Virus record (IMG/VR): IMGVR_UViG_3300020536_000396 | Span: 1-64,000 of that record | Strand: one strand, 5' to 3' | DNA length: 64,000 nt | Origin: an uncultured virus (IMG/VR IMGVR_UViG_3300020536_000396) | Taxonomy: Duplodnaviria; Heunggongvirae; Uroviricota; Caudoviricetes | Shown here: piece by piece, positions 29,911-39,224 of the stretch | Layout: each line of letters begins with the position of its first letter | How positions within the stretch are numbered: position 1 is the first letter of the stretch | Made by a program: the position numbers and the translations under genes | Notes under the pieces: model-generated | The model's input: the letters and a program-made list of their open reading frames with translations, nothing else | Databases searched by the model: none | Told to the model about the DNA's origin: nothing

Positions 29911-31074
29911 ATGAAATATCCTTTGATGCGTAACAATATTCTTAGAGAAGATTTAGATGCCATGATTGAGCATCTAAAACAAGATGATCCTATTTTAACA
30001 AATGGGCCAAATTGCAGGAAGTTTGAAGAAGAATGGTCTGAGTGGTTGGGTGTGAAGTATTCCGTATTTGTAAATTCTGGTGCATCAGCAAATTTACTTT
30101 CAATGACTGCACTTAAAATTATGCACCCATATGGAGGCGAGGTCATTGTTCCGCCTTTAACATGGATATCCGATGTTGCTTCAGTGATTCAATGTGGTTT
30201 CAAACCTGTGTTTGTAGATATTGATCTGAATACTTTAGGTATGAACACAGATAAAATTATCGCTGCAATTACTCCACAAACAAAAGCAGTTTTTCTTTCC
30301 CACATTCAAGGGTATAATGCAATCACAGATAAACTTATATACGAATTAGAAAAAAGAAATATACCTTTAATTGAAGATGTATGTGAATCTCATGGTGCTA
30401 CGTACAAAGGTAAAAAATGTGGAAGTATTGGTTGGATGTCCAACTTTTCTTTCTACTATGCTCACCATATGACTACGATTGAAGGTGGCATGATTAGCAC
30501 CAATGACAAGAATCTTTACCATACACTTAGAATGTTGAGGTCACATGGTATGGTTCGTGAGTGTGATAGCCAAGAACTAAAACAAAACTATATTGAAAAC
30601 AATTTTGATTTAAATCCAGATTTTATATTTTCTTATGCAGCATACAACATGAGAAACAATGAACTTGGTGGAATACTTGGTCGAAAGCAGTTGCCAAGGT
30701 TGGATGAAAATGTTAAAGTTAGAAACTACAATAACCATAGGTTGCTAAGTAAACTCAACGATAACTATTTCACAGAGTTTAATTTAGAAGGTCAAAGTAA
30801 TTATGCCTTCAACATCGTTTTGAAAAATAAAGATGATGATTTTATGAATAGATTGTCAACAAAACTACGTGAAAGTGGAGTTGAATTTAGAAGAGGTTCT
30901 GCTGGTGGTGGAAATCAATTAAGACAACCTTATTTAAAAGATGTTGTGAATGTCGATCTAAAAGATTTTCCAAATACCGAACATGTTCACTTTTATGGTC
31001 TGTACATTGGTAATTTTCCAACAATGGAAAAACAAGAAGTGGATGAAATCGTAAACATTTTAAACGGAGTATAG
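29911..31074 (+). CDS. DegT/DnrJ family PLP enzyme, ColD/E1-type 3-dehydratase
   Basis: VNSGASANL, EDVCESHGA, SFYYAHHMTTIEGG with His at the catalytic Lys position. Confidence 0.85.
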   Translation: MKYPLMRNNILREDLDAMIEHLKQDDPILTNGPNCRKFEEEWSEWLGVKYSVFVNSGASANLLSMTALKIMHPYGGEVIVPPLTWISDVASVIQCGFKPVFVDIDLNTLGMNTDKIIAAITPQTKAVFLSHIQGYNAITDKLIYELEKRNIPLIEDVCESHGATYKGKKCGSIGWMSNFSFYYAHHMTTIEGGMISTNDKNLYHTLRMLRSHGMVRECDSQELKQNYIENNFDLNPDFIFSYAAYNMRNNELGGILGRKQLPRLDENVKVRNYNNHRLLSKLNDNYFTEFNLEGQSNYAFNIVLKNKDDDFMNRLSTKLRESGVEFRRGSAGGGNQLRQPYLKDVVNVDLKDFPNTEHVHFYGLYIGNFPTMEKQEVDEIVNILNGV

Positions 31075-31075
31075 T

Positions 31076-32017
31076 ATGGGAAATTTGAGAGTTCTAGTAA
31101 CTGGTGGAGCTGGTTACATTGGTTGTATTTTGGTGGAATATCTACTACAAGTAGGTTATAGAGTTACCGTTATTGACAACTTTATGTTTCGCCAAACGGG
31201 TCTAAATCATTTGTGTGAAAATAAAGACTTGACGATTGTAAATGGAGATATTCGTAATCCTTTACACATGGCACCATTACTAAAAGAAGCAGACATTATT
31301 ATTCCTTTGGCTGCCTTGGTTGGTGCACCACTTTGTAATAAAGATGTTGTTGGTGCAGATACAACAAACAAAGATGCTGTATTTTGGATGCTAAATAATA
31401 TTTCAAAAGAACAACGCATCATTATGCCTACTACAAATTCGGCATATGGTACAGGTGACGAAAACAATTTCTGTACAGAAGAATCTCCGTTACGACCAAT
31501 TTCAAAATATGCGGTTGATAAGGTCGCTGTTGAAAAAGTTTTGATGGAACGGGAAAACTCCATCAGTTATAGATTGGCTACTGTATTTGGTATGTCACCA
31601 CGTATGCGTACTGATTTGTTAGTAAACGATTTAACTTACCGTGCTGTTAATGATGGTTATGTCGTTATCTTTGAAGGACACTTTAAACGAAATTATATTC
31701 ATGTTCGTGACGTTTGTGAGGCATTTCTACATGCTATCTACCAGTTTGAAGAAATGAAAGGTAACGTATACAATGTTGGTCTTTCGTCTGCGAATGTTTC
31801 TAAGTTGGAGTTATGTGAAATAATTAAGAAACAACTACCAAACTTTACGATTGTAGAAGGCGATATCAAAAAGGATCCAGATCAAAGAAACTACATTGTA
31901 TCTAATGCAAAATTAGAAGCAACTGGTTGGATGCCTTATTATACCATTGATAATGGTGTTGAAGAACTTATCAAAGGTTACACTTATCTCAAAAATAATA
32001 TCTATGGTAATGTTTGA
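31076..32017 (+). CDS. NAD-dependent epimerase/dehydratase
   Basis: VTGGAGYIG, YAVDK, RLATVFG, RNYIHVRD. Confidence 0.92.
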   Translation: MGNLRVLVTGGAGYIGCILVEYLLQVGYRVTVIDNFMFRQTGLNHLCENKDLTIVNGDIRNPLHMAPLLKEADIIIPLAALVGAPLCNKDVVGADTTNKDAVFWMLNNISKEQRIIMPTTNSAYGTGDENNFCTEESPLRPISKYAVDKVAVEKVLMERENSISYRLATVFGMSPRMRTDLLVNDLTYRAVNDGYVVIFEGHFKRNYIHVRDVCEAFLHAIYQFEEMKGNVYNVGLSSANVSKLELCEIIKKQLPNFTIVEGDIKKDPDQRNYIVSNAKLEATGWMPYYTIDNGVEELIKGYTYLKNNIYGNV

Positions 32018-32418
32018 TGGAGTATAATGAAAAGAACTTAAATCTGGTATCGGGTATAATTATGAAACACCTGACGCCAGATTTACTTCCTAAAAAATGG
32101 ATTGAAAGAAACAAAACCAACCCAACATTTGGTCATTGTCACACGGCATCAGCCTGCTTACAGAAAATATTTGGTACTAAGAATTTAAAACTGTACCATG
32201 GATTGGATGAAGAAGGTATTTGGCATTGGTGGGTGATTGACCTAAATCAAAAATTGATTGATCTTACCTCAGACCAATACTACTCGCTAAATAAAATACC
32301 ACCATACAATGTTGGTAAAAAGGCTTCAATGTTGGGGTTTGAATACAGGAAAAGGGTTTTAAGGTTATTGGATAAGGTTAAGGAAGAGTTGTCATTAAAC
32401 GGGACACCGCCATCATAG
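32014..32418 (+). CDS. Hypothetical protein
   Basis: ORF track; GHCH...HWW...DLT motif. Confidence 0.65.
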   Translation: MMEYNEKNLNLVSGIIMKHLTPDLLPKKWIERNKTNPTFGHCHTASACLQKIFGTKNLKLYHGLDEEGIWHWWVIDLNQKLIDLTSDQYYSLNKIPPYNVGKKASMLGFEYRKRVLRLLDKVKEELSLNGTPPS

Positions 32419-32440
32419 ATGTTGTCAAGAGCAAAGTCAA
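32412..32440 (-). promoter_or_regulatory. Antisense sigma70-type promoter
   Basis: Minus strand TTGACT-N17-TATGAT. Confidence 0.55.
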
Positions 32441-32459
32441 GCAAATTTATAGGTAAAGA

Positions 32460-33059
32460 ATGAAACATAAAGATATTTTCCAAGAACAAGGATATGTGTT
32501 CGTCAAAAATTTTATTGATCCTGCTGTAGCAGATTACCTTTTTGAGTATCTAAGGTTTTCTACACATGCTATTGTATTATCAGGACAAAGTAAAGTAGCA
32601 ATACAGGGAGATGAACAAGTTCCCGGTTCTTATGGTTCCCGACATGGTGATATGGCTTTTGATTCTTTAATGAAGCATATGCGGCCAAGAATGGAAGAAG
32701 TTACGGGCCTAGAGTTGTATCCTACCTATACTTACACTCGACTATACAAACCAGGTAACGAGCTTAAAAAACATACTGATAGGCCATCATGTGAAATCTC
32801 CTGTACATTGAAGCTTGGTGATACAGGAGAATATAATTGGCCTATTTGGATGAAAGATGCCGAATATAAGCTTGACAAAGGCGATGCAGTAGTGTACCGT
32901 GGTTGTGATTTGGAACATTGGCGAGAGGTGTGTGAAGGACCTCCTGAATATAGAATGGGTCAAGTATTCATGCACTATGTCGATAAAAATGGACCATATC
33001 CTGATTACAAATATGATAGAAGAACAGCAATGGCAAAGTTATTTGAAAAAGACCTATGA
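32460..33059 (+). CDS. 2OG-Fe(II) oxygenase
   Basis: LKKHTDRPSCEIS, LEHWRE, QVFMHYV. Confidence 0.85.
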   Translation: MKHKDIFQEQGYVFVKNFIDPAVADYLFEYLRFSTHAIVLSGQSKVAIQGDEQVPGSYGSRHGDMAFDSLMKHMRPRMEEVTGLELYPTYTYTRLYKPGNELKKHTDRPSCEISCTLKLGDTGEYNWPIWMKDAEYKLDKGDAVVYRGCDLEHWREVCEGPPEYRMGQVFMHYVDKNGPYPDYKYDRRTAMAKLFEKDL

Positions 33060-33595
33060 CCACTAAAAAAACAAAACACTATATCAACAACTCGGATTTT
33101 TTGGCAGCGTTGATTGAATACCAAAAACAATGTGACATTGCCAAAAAAGAAAAGAAAAACGATCCGCCTATACCGAATTATCTAGGTGAATGTTTCTTGA
33201 AAATTGCGGAACACTTATCAAGAAAACCAAACTTCATTTCTTATTCTTTCCGTGATGAGATGATTGCCGATGGTATAGAAAATTGTTTAATGTATTTTCG
33301 TAACTTTGACCCGGTAAAGAGTAACAATCCATTTGCATATTTTACTCAAATCATATATTATGCTTTCTTACGTCGAATTCAAAAAGAGAAAAAACAATTA
33401 TATGTAAAGTATAAGGCAACTGAACAAATTGGTATTCTAGATGAGTTCGAAATGTTTGAAGATGCCGATGGACACCAAAAACAATTTCAACTCTATGATA
33501 ACATATCGGAGTTTATTCAGACGTTCGAGGAAAACAAACGTAAGAAAAAAGAAAACAAAACAAAAGGTCTAGAAAAATTTATTGATGAAATATGA
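33056..33595 (+). CDS. gp55: Late-transcription sigma factor gp55
   Basis: HYINNSDF, EMIADGIENC, NPFAYFTQIIYYAFLRRI. Confidence 0.95.
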   Translation: MTTKKTKHYINNSDFLAALIEYQKQCDIAKKEKKNDPPIPNYLGECFLKIAEHLSRKPNFISYSFRDEMIADGIENCLMYFRNFDPVKSNNPFAYFTQIIYYAFLRRIQKEKKQLYVKYKATEQIGILDEFEMFEDADGHQKQFQLYDNISEFIQTFEENKRKKKENKTKGLEKFIDEI

Positions 33596-33614
33596 AAAAA
33601 GGCAATAAAATATT

Positions 33615-34688
33615 ATGAAATTATGTGTTCTCGGAGACACCCATTTTGGAGCTCGAGGTGATTCTTTAGAATTTCACAAATACTTCCAAAAGTTTTATGA
33701 TGAAGTATTTTTTCCATACCTTATCGAAAATGATATCAACTGTGTGGTACAACTAGGCGATTTGTTTGATCGCCGAAAGTTTATCAATTTCAATACACTA
33801 CATCTATGCCGTCAATACTTTTTTGACCGATGCCAGACTTTAGGTATTAAAGTACACACACTTCTTGGTAATCATGACATAGCATTTAAAAACACACTTG
33901 AGGTAAATTCAACAGGCTTGTTGTTGAACGAGTATGAAAATCTCGAATACTATGATGATTTTGATACATTAGAATTTGATGGTGTTTCTATTGATATTGT
34001 TCCTTGGATTTGTCCAGATAATGAGAATGAAATTTTTGAAAAAATAAAAAACAGTAAATCACAAATTTGTTTTGGTCATTTTGAGATAGATGGTTTTGAA
34101 ATGGATCGAGGCAATGTTCATCAAGGTGGCCTTGACAGGAAAGCATTATCAAAGTATGATGTGGTGTTAAGTGGACACTTTCACCATAAATCTTCATCAG
34201 ATAATATTACCTATGTTGGTACGCCATACGAAATGACATGGGCAGATTATAATGATCCAAAAGGATTTCATATCTTTGATACTGAAACAAGATCACTAGA
34301 ATTCGTTGAAAACAAAAATCGAATGTTTTACAAACTAAACTACAAAGATGGTTTAGAACATTTTTCTGAAAATTATAAATCATTCGATTATTCTATCTAT
34401 GAAGGTTGTTACGTTAAAGTCATAGTGATAGAGAAGATGAATCCTTTTTTATTTGATATTGTTATAGATAAGATTTATAAAGCAGGCGCTTGTGATGTTT
34501 CAATCGTCGAAGATTTTACCGAAGTAATTGCTGATGATGATAAAGACATTGTTGACCAAGCTGAAGATACAATGACAATCTTGTCCAAATATATTGACAA
34601 TTTGCAGTTGCAAGTTGAATCGGATAAACTCAAGAATTTAATGAGAGAACTTTATGTGGAATCTCTCACGCTAGAAAAGGTAGAATGA
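33615..34688 (+). CDS. gp47: Recombination endonuclease subunit gp47 (Mre11-like)
   Basis: GDTHFG, GDLFD, GNHD, SGHFH. Confidence 0.95.
   Translation: MKLCVLGDTHFGARGDSLEFHKYFQKFYDEVFFPYLIENDINCVVQLGDLFDRRKFINFNTLHLCRQYFFDRCQTLGIKVHTLLGNHDIAFKNTLEVNSTGLLLNEYENLEYYDDFDTLEFDGVSIDIVPWICPDNENEIFEKIKNSKSQICFGHFEIDGFEMDRGNVHQGGLDRKALSKYDVVLSGHFHHKSSSDNITYVGTPYEMTWADYNDPKGFHIFDTETRSLEFVENKNRMFYKLNYKDGLEHFSENYKSFDYSIYEGCYVKVIVIEKMNPFLFDIVIDKIYKAGACDVSIVEDFTEVIADDDKDIVDQAEDTMTILSKYIDNLQLQVESDKLKNLMRELYVESLTLEKVE
34132..34160 (+). promoter_or_regulatory. Internal sigma70-type promoter within gp47
   Basis: TTGACA-N17-TATGAT. Confidence 0.5.
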
Positions 34689-35317
34689 TGTACAAGACAA
34701 TCTATAATAATCCTGATGAAAGACGTAGAATTACTTACACTTGGTGTTATTGGGATAATGCTTTTACAAAAGAAGAATTGGACAAAATGTGCCAGTTTTT
34801 TACCTCAAACGGTGTTGAAAGGGGTACAACAGTAGGTGAACACACTAAACAATTGGTCAATGAAGATGTTCGTGTTTCAAATGTAAAGTTTTATAATTAT
34901 GGTGAAAACACTGCTTGGATTTTTGAAAGAATTAATTGGGTCATCGAGAGTATCAATGAAAGATTCTTTAATTACAATCTAAACGGATATGAATCTTTTC
35001 AGTACACTGAATATGAAGGTGATGAATTAGGTAAATACGATTTTCATCAAGATATGATTAATGGCAAAAACATGCCAGAAAATATGGATGAAACTAGAAA
35101 GTTATCCATGTCGCTGTTGTTAAACGAGCCTGGTGTAGACTTCGAGGGTGGAGAATTTCAAATAAATTCTGGCCAAGAATCTAATGCTGAAACTGTTGAT
35201 TTGACCCGTGGTCGAATGATTTTCTTTCCTTCTTATGCCATACACAGAGTTGCTCCGGTGACAAAAGGCCGTAGAAAGTCTCTTGTTGTCTGGATTACTG
35301 GACCTAAATTTAAATAA
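34685..35317 (+). CDS. 2OG-Fe(II) oxygenase (prolyl-hydroxylase-like)
   Basis: YDFHQD, RKLSMS, FPSYAIHRVAPVTKGRRKSLVVW. Confidence 0.88.
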   Translation: MMYKTIYNNPDERRRITYTWCYWDNAFTKEELDKMCQFFTSNGVERGTTVGEHTKQLVNEDVRVSNVKFYNYGENTAWIFERINWVIESINERFFNYNLNGYESFQYTEYEGDELGKYDFHQDMINGKNMPENMDETRKLSMSLLLNEPGVDFEGGEFQINSGQESNAETVDLTRGRMIFFPSYAIHRVAPVTKGRRKSLVVWITGPKFK

Positions 35318-37023
35318 TGATTGTTTTTCGTAATGTAAGATGGCGAAATCTCTTAAGCACAGGCAATACGTTTACAGAGGTTAAGTTAAACGCCAACACA
35401 AACACACTTATTGTTGGAGAAAATGGCTCAGGTAAAAGCACAATGCTAGACGCTTTGTGCTTTGGTTTATTTGGTAAAGCGTTTCGCAATATCAATAAAC
35501 CTCAGCTTGTAAATTCAATTAACGGTAAAGAATGTGTTGTAGAAGTGGAGTTTGATGTTGGTAATAAGTCATTCAAGATAATTCGTGGTATAAAACCAAG
35601 TGTATTTGAAATCTATCAGAATGGCGAACTGTTAAATCAAGATGCAGCTTCTAGAGACTATCAAGAATACTTAGAAAAGTTTATTCTCAAGCTAAACTAC
35701 AAGTCTTTTACACAGATTGTAATTCTTGGTTCAGCATCTTTTACTCCTTTCATGCAGTTATCTGCTGCTGACCGTCGAGCCATTATTGAAGATTTGTTAG
35801 ACATTCAAATCTTCTCAGTAATGAATAGTTTGGTAAAGAGTAAACTATCATCAAACAAAGATGAAATGGTTCAAAAGAAAAATGAGATTGAACTACTTAA
35901 ACAGAAATATGATCTGAAGAAAGAACATCTAGATAAACTCAATCAGAATAACGAAGAGAAGGTAAAAGAGTATGATGGTGAGATACAGAGTAATAGAGAA
36001 ACCATTGGCACATTATCTGACGAGATTGACATATTGGTCGAACGACTGTCCAGTTTGGATGACACTGTTGCAAAAGCGCCTGAGATTGAGAACAAGATTG
36101 CTTCGTACAAGAAAGTTGAGTCTCAGATTGAAAGCAAGATATCCAAAGTTCGAAATGATACACAGTTCTATGAACACAATGCTGATTGTCCAACTTGTAG
36201 GCAAGCCATTACCGTGGAGTTTAAAGAAACACTATGCTCTGAACTCTCATCGAAAGAGCATGAACTCAATGAGGCTCTCAAAGAATTACAAGCTAAGATA
36301 ACGGCACATGAATCAATACTGAAGGTTGTTCGTAATGATGAAAAAGAAAGATCGAATGTTCGTATTGAATTGGCCACAACACAAACACTTATAAAAGGCT
36401 ATAACGAAAACATCATTCGCCTTGAAAAAGAAATCAAAAATTTACAAACAAATAATGACAGTGTAGACCAGAGTGAACTTGTAAATCTACAAAATGAAAT
36501 TAAAGAAACGCAATCTGAATTAAGGCAGTTACTTACTGATAAAACATACTATGATGCTGCATCTTTGTTACTCAAAGATACTGGTATTAAAACTAAAATT
36601 ATTAAACAGTATTTGCCAATTATCAATAAATTGGTAAACAAATACCTATCGTCGTTAAACTTTTTTGTGAACTTTAATTTAGATGAATCTTTTAAAGAAA
36701 CTATCAAGTCTCGCCATCGTGACGATTTTAGTTATCACAATTTTTCAGAAGGTGAAAAACAAAGAATTGATATGGCATTGATGTTGACTTGGCGTGCTGT
36801 GGCTAAGTTAAAGAATTCCGCAAATACAAATTTGTTGATACTTGATGAAACATTTGATTCTAGTTTAGATGTTGGTGGCACAGAAGAGTTGATGAAGATT
36901 CTTCACATGCTAGAGGGTGTAAATTTGTTTGTTATCAGCCACAAAGGTGATATCTTACAAGATAAATTTATCACAGCTATTCGTTTTGCAAAAGAAAAAA
37001 ACTTCTCAAAGGTGATGAGATGA
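35317..37023 (+). CDS. gp46: Recombination ATPase subunit gp46 (Rad50-like)
   Basis: GENGSGKST, CPTC zinc hook, FSEGEKQRID, LILDE. Confidence 0.96.
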   Translation: MIVFRNVRWRNLLSTGNTFTEVKLNANTNTLIVGENGSGKSTMLDALCFGLFGKAFRNINKPQLVNSINGKECVVEVEFDVGNKSFKIIRGIKPSVFEIYQNGELLNQDAASRDYQEYLEKFILKLNYKSFTQIVILGSASFTPFMQLSAADRRAIIEDLLDIQIFSVMNSLVKSKLSSNKDEMVQKKNEIELLKQKYDLKKEHLDKLNQNNEEKVKEYDGEIQSNRETIGTLSDEIDILVERLSSLDDTVAKAPEIENKIASYKKVESQIESKISKVRNDTQFYEHNADCPTCRQAITVEFKETLCSELSSKEHELNEALKELQAKITAHESILKVVRNDEKERSNVRIELATTQTLIKGYNENIIRLEKEIKNLQTNNDSVDQSELVNLQNEIKETQSELRQLLTDKTYYDAASLLLKDTGIKTKIIKQYLPIINKLVNKYLSSLNFFVNFNLDESFKETIKSRHRDDFSYHNFSEGEKQRIDMALMLTWRAVAKLKNSANTNLLILDETFDSSLDVGGTEELMKILHMLEGVNLFVISHKGDILQDKFITAIRFAKEKNFSKVMR

Positions 37024-37196
37024 AATTGATAAGTGAATATATGAGTGAGAATGGCGAAAGGACTGCCAAGGTCTATGTGAACGAAGAAGAAAAGAAATTC
37101 GTAGTTTCATTTAAAGATGTTTTTGGAGTACACTATACATCCAAATTTACTAAACTACAATCAGCAGAAGATTCTGCGGAGGATTATGTGCTATGA
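37020..37196 (+). CDS. Small hypothetical protein (58 aa, not in ORF track)
   Basis: Manual translation MKLISEYMSENGERTAKV...AEDSAEDYVL*; ATGA overlaps at both ends. Confidence 0.7.
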   Translation: MKLISEYMSENGERTAKVYVNEEEKKFVVSFKDVFGVHYTSKFTKLQSAEDSAEDYVL

Positions 37197-37783
37197 GTGA
37201 TGATATTTTAAAGATTGATACATCCGTCAACTTGGGAAAAACAGAAGTAATTGAACCTTTACCAGTATACGATGACAATTCTCCAATGTTAAGAATGGTA
37301 ATGCCTGAGTATACAGACCCATTACCTTCACCAGCAATGAACAAGTTGATTAAACAACTTCATTTAACTCGACAGAAGTATAAAGGCCTTGGTTTATCCG
37401 CTAATCAATGCGGCATAATGAAAAGAGTTTTTGTTATTGGTTATGAGGACATGGAACTTGCCTTTATTAATCCAAAGGTAATCAATATGTCGGATGATTT
37501 GAAAAAAGAACCTGAAGGTTGCCTCTCTTACCCAGGTTTATTTCTTAAAATAAGCAGGCCTAGTTGGATTGAAGTAGAGTTTATCAATCAAAATGGTGAA
37601 ACAAAAACTACTACACTGAGTGGTCTAACTGCCAGATGTTTCTTACATGAATTAGATCACATGAACGGTATCAGATTTGTTGAACATGCAGGTTCATTAG
37701 CAATTAAAATGGCAAAGCAAAAACAACAAAAGATGCTTAAAAAGATAAAGAGAGCTGTGAAAAATAATGAGTTATCGATTTGA
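37193..37783 (+). CDS. def: Peptide deformylase
   Basis: GLGLSANQ, EGCLS, HELDH. Confidence 0.95.
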   Translation: MSDDILKIDTSVNLGKTEVIEPLPVYDDNSPMLRMVMPEYTDPLPSPAMNKLIKQLHLTRQKYKGLGLSANQCGIMKRVFVIGYEDMELAFINPKVINMSDDLKKEPEGCLSYPGLFLKISRPSWIEVEFINQNGETKTTTLSGLTARCFLHELDHMNGIRFVEHAGSLAIKMAKQKQQKMLKKIKRAVKNNELSI

Positions 37784-39044
37784 TCCAAAAGATGATGTAG
37801 AAACACAATGGGATAAATGGAGAGATTCCGGCATTGTGTATGAGAACATTGATGAGAGTGATCTTCGGGAGAGGGTCATTCGTGATTTGTCCTATGTTTC
37901 ACAAATGGATGTTAAAGAGTATACTTTGTTCCAGAAATGGTGTGAAGTGCAAGATAGATATCCATCTATTGTGGTCAATGATTTGTGGGAAGGAGAGAAA
38001 CGAGTCATCTCCGACCCGAATCAACAGAAGGCTATTGATGAAATCAAGAGCAACTTTTGGGTACAAAACGATGTTGATGATTACTTAAACATTGAGCCAG
38101 AACTCCTATATACAAATAAAGAAGATGATTTACCTGAGTTGTGGAATTGTATACGTACATTTTCTTCAACGATGAAAAACAATTCTAATATTGGTCGTAA
38201 CTTAAATTTTGTTGTACGTGATAAAGTAACTAAAAAGTATCTTGGTGTTACTTGCATCAGTTCAGACTTTCTTGATTTAACACCAAGAGATAACTTTATT
38301 GGCTGGGAAAGAGAAAAGAAAACTCAGGGTGGTATGATTAATCATACAGCCATTGGTTCAACAATTGTTCCACTACAACCTCTCGGTTTTAATTATGTTG
38401 GTGGTAAATTGTTAGCACTTCTTTGCTTGTCAACACCAATTCAAGAATTATGGGAAAACTTATATGGTGATAAACTTGTTGGTATAACCACGACTTCTTT
38501 GTATGGTAAAACAAAGGCCGGTGGTCTGTCTCAATACGATAATCTAGATTTTTGGCAGCCAATGGGTTTTACTTCAGGCTCAGTTTCATTTGAACCTCTG
38601 GCAGAAACACGTTACATGATTCGTGAGTGGTTAAAAACAAATCACACCAGAAAATATTTTGAGTGGTATGTTGCAAAGAAACCATCTGGTCAACCACATA
38701 AACGTGACCATAAAAACAGATCGCTGTCTTTTGCATACAACAAACTTTCTGTACCAAAAGAATTGATTCGTTCCGAACATGCAAGAGGAATTTATTTTTC
38801 GCCATTGTATGATAAGACTTGTGAATTTCTTCGTGGCGAAAATGATGGCAGTAACATGGTAAAATTATTTGATACAAGTGTCGAGAATCTTACCAATGTT
38901 TGGAAACAAAAACATGCCAAACCGAGAATCAAACAATTGGCAAAGAAAGGTAGAATATCTACCGAAAACCTTTTTTATGATGATCTTGCCGTCTTAACCT
39001 GGCAAGAAACAAAAGATAAATATTTGCCTCAAGTGGGTCGATAA
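37767..39044 (+). CDS. DUF4338/DruA-like protein
   Basis: PLGFNYVGGKLLALL, TTTSLYG, SQYD. Confidence 0.65.
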   Translation: MSYRFDPKDDVETQWDKWRDSGIVYENIDESDLRERVIRDLSYVSQMDVKEYTLFQKWCEVQDRYPSIVVNDLWEGEKRVISDPNQQKAIDEIKSNFWVQNDVDDYLNIEPELLYTNKEDDLPELWNCIRTFSSTMKNNSNIGRNLNFVVRDKVTKKYLGVTCISSDFLDLTPRDNFIGWEREKKTQGGMINHTAIGSTIVPLQPLGFNYVGGKLLALLCLSTPIQELWENLYGDKLVGITTTSLYGKTKAGGLSQYDNLDFWQPMGFTSGSVSFEPLAETRYMIREWLKTNHTRKYFEWYVAKKPSGQPHKRDHKNRSLSFAYNKLSVPKELIRSEHARGIYFSPLYDKTCEFLRGENDGSNMVKLFDTSVENLTNVWKQKHAKPRIKQLAKKGRISTENLFYDDLAVLTWQETKDKYLPQVGR

Positions 39045-39046
39045 TC

Positions 39047-39055
39047 TGATATAAT
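39047..39055 (+). promoter_or_regulatory. Extended -10 promoter upstream of the tRNA-like RNA
   Basis: TGaTATAAT, 10 nt before the element. Confidence 0.55.
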
Positions 39056-39065
39056 CTTTTCTAGT

Positions 39066-39128
39066 GCGGTGAGTCCGAGACAGCCTTCCCCCGAAGGTAG
39101 AGAGGTTTAACTCCTCTGAACCGCTCCA
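39066..39128 (+). ncRNA. Minimal tRNA-Gly-like RNA (63 nt, reduced D-arm)
   Basis: GCGGT/ACCGC acceptor stem plus TCCA; T-arm AGAGG-TTTAACT-CCTCT; GCCTT/AAGGT arm with C-rich loop; 3-bp GTC/GAC mini arm. Confidence 0.7.
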
Positions 39129-39168
39129 CCCTTATCAAAGTGATAACTGTTGCAAATACCGCAACAGG

Positions 39169-39197
39169 TTGACAAACCTCCACTTTTGTGTTACCAT
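39169..39197 (+). promoter_or_regulatory. Sigma70-type early promoter for the VWA gene
   Basis: TTGACA-N17-TACCAT with TG extension; preceded by TGTTGC/GCAACA palindrome. Confidence 0.7.
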
Positions 39198-39224
39198 TAA
39201 CCTATACTGACAAAGGTTAACGAT

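Noticed and set aside
35972..36301. Alternative-frame plus-strand ORFs nested in core genes (also 11522, 16345, 45313, 53728)
   Set aside because: No protein-family features or independent expression evidence
39066..39128. Canonical translational tRNA-Gly
   Set aside because: 63 nt, no proper D-loop, irregular anticodon loop and acceptor mismatches; reported as a tRNA-like RNA instead
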